Source: Octopus sinensis
Taxonomy: Eukaryota
Direction: 5' to 3'
Length of the DNA stretch: 64,000 bases
Assembly (NCBI RefSeq): GCF_006345805.1
Contig: NC_042998.1
Span: forward strand, 9,796,001 to 9,860,000
A program made the position numbers and the translations under genes. The notes below the pieces were generated by a model. That model had not been told where the DNA came from, did not search any database, and saw only the letters and a list, made by a program, of their open reading frames with translations. Shown one piece after another: positions 63,543 through 64,000 of the stretch; position 1 is the first letter of the stretch; every line of letters starts with the position of its first letter.

Positions 63543-63970
63543 CATGGGAGCGGATAAGTCGATCACATCGGCTCCAGAGCTCAACTGGTATATATTTTAT
63601 AACGACGGCGAGTCGGCAGAATCGTTAGCACGCGGCGCAAAATGCTTAGCGGTATTTCGTCTGCCGTTACGTTCTGAGTTCAAATTCCGCCGAGGTCGAC
63701 TTTGCCTTTCATCTTTTCGGGGTCGATTAAATAAGTACCAGTTACGCACTGGGGTCGATATAATCGACTTAATCCGTTTGTCTGTCCTTGTTTGTCCTCT
63801 CTGTGTTTACTACCTTGTGGGTAATAAAGAAATAGGTATTTATTTTATTGACCCTGAAAGGATGAAAAGCATTGTCAACCCCGGTGGAATTTTTAAGTCA
63901 AGACGTAAAGACAGACCAAATGCTGCTTATCATTTTGCCTAGCATGCTAACGATTTTGCCAGCTCGCCAT
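63543..63970. mobile_element. SINE family C (+, 63601-63840) nested inside an opposite-strand family C copy
   Basis: Minus-strand halves at 63543-63600 and 63841-63970 flank a full plus-strand copy; attttat occurs on both sides. Confidence 0.75.
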
Positions 63971-64000
63971 CTTACATACAGTGCTTCGTTTGCATACAGC

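Overview
AT-rich, microsatellite-dense animal DNA made almost entirely of transposable elements. The SINE families and simple-repeat style resemble Octopus (cephalopod) genomes; this is my recognition, not a database result. I found no host protein-coding exon I can defend. Contents: two near-identical, very young Gypsy (Mag-like) LTR retrotransposons in opposite orientation, each with 237-238-bp LTRs and its own 5-bp TSD, one nested in a Tx1/L1-like LINE and one in a decayed Helitron Rep; CR1-type, RTE, RTE-X and CRE-like LINE fragments; a 5'-truncated Penelope-like (GIY-YIG) element; a full-length decayed mariner; many non-autonomous Helitrons; hAT-, piggyBac-, mariner- and Merlin-like MITEs; and at least three SINE families. 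The most interesting signal is RNA-structural: five minimal type I hammerhead-ribozyme folds, read by eye. One (24801-24842, minus) has a compensatory U3:A8 core and lies in a 362-bp tandem repeat resembling a retrozyme or Penelope pLTR. Others carry a U at core position 6 in two diverged pLTR families. Also notable is a modular double-hairpin array with variable loops in the RTE 3' UTR. All folds and identities were estimated manually and need computational confirmation.
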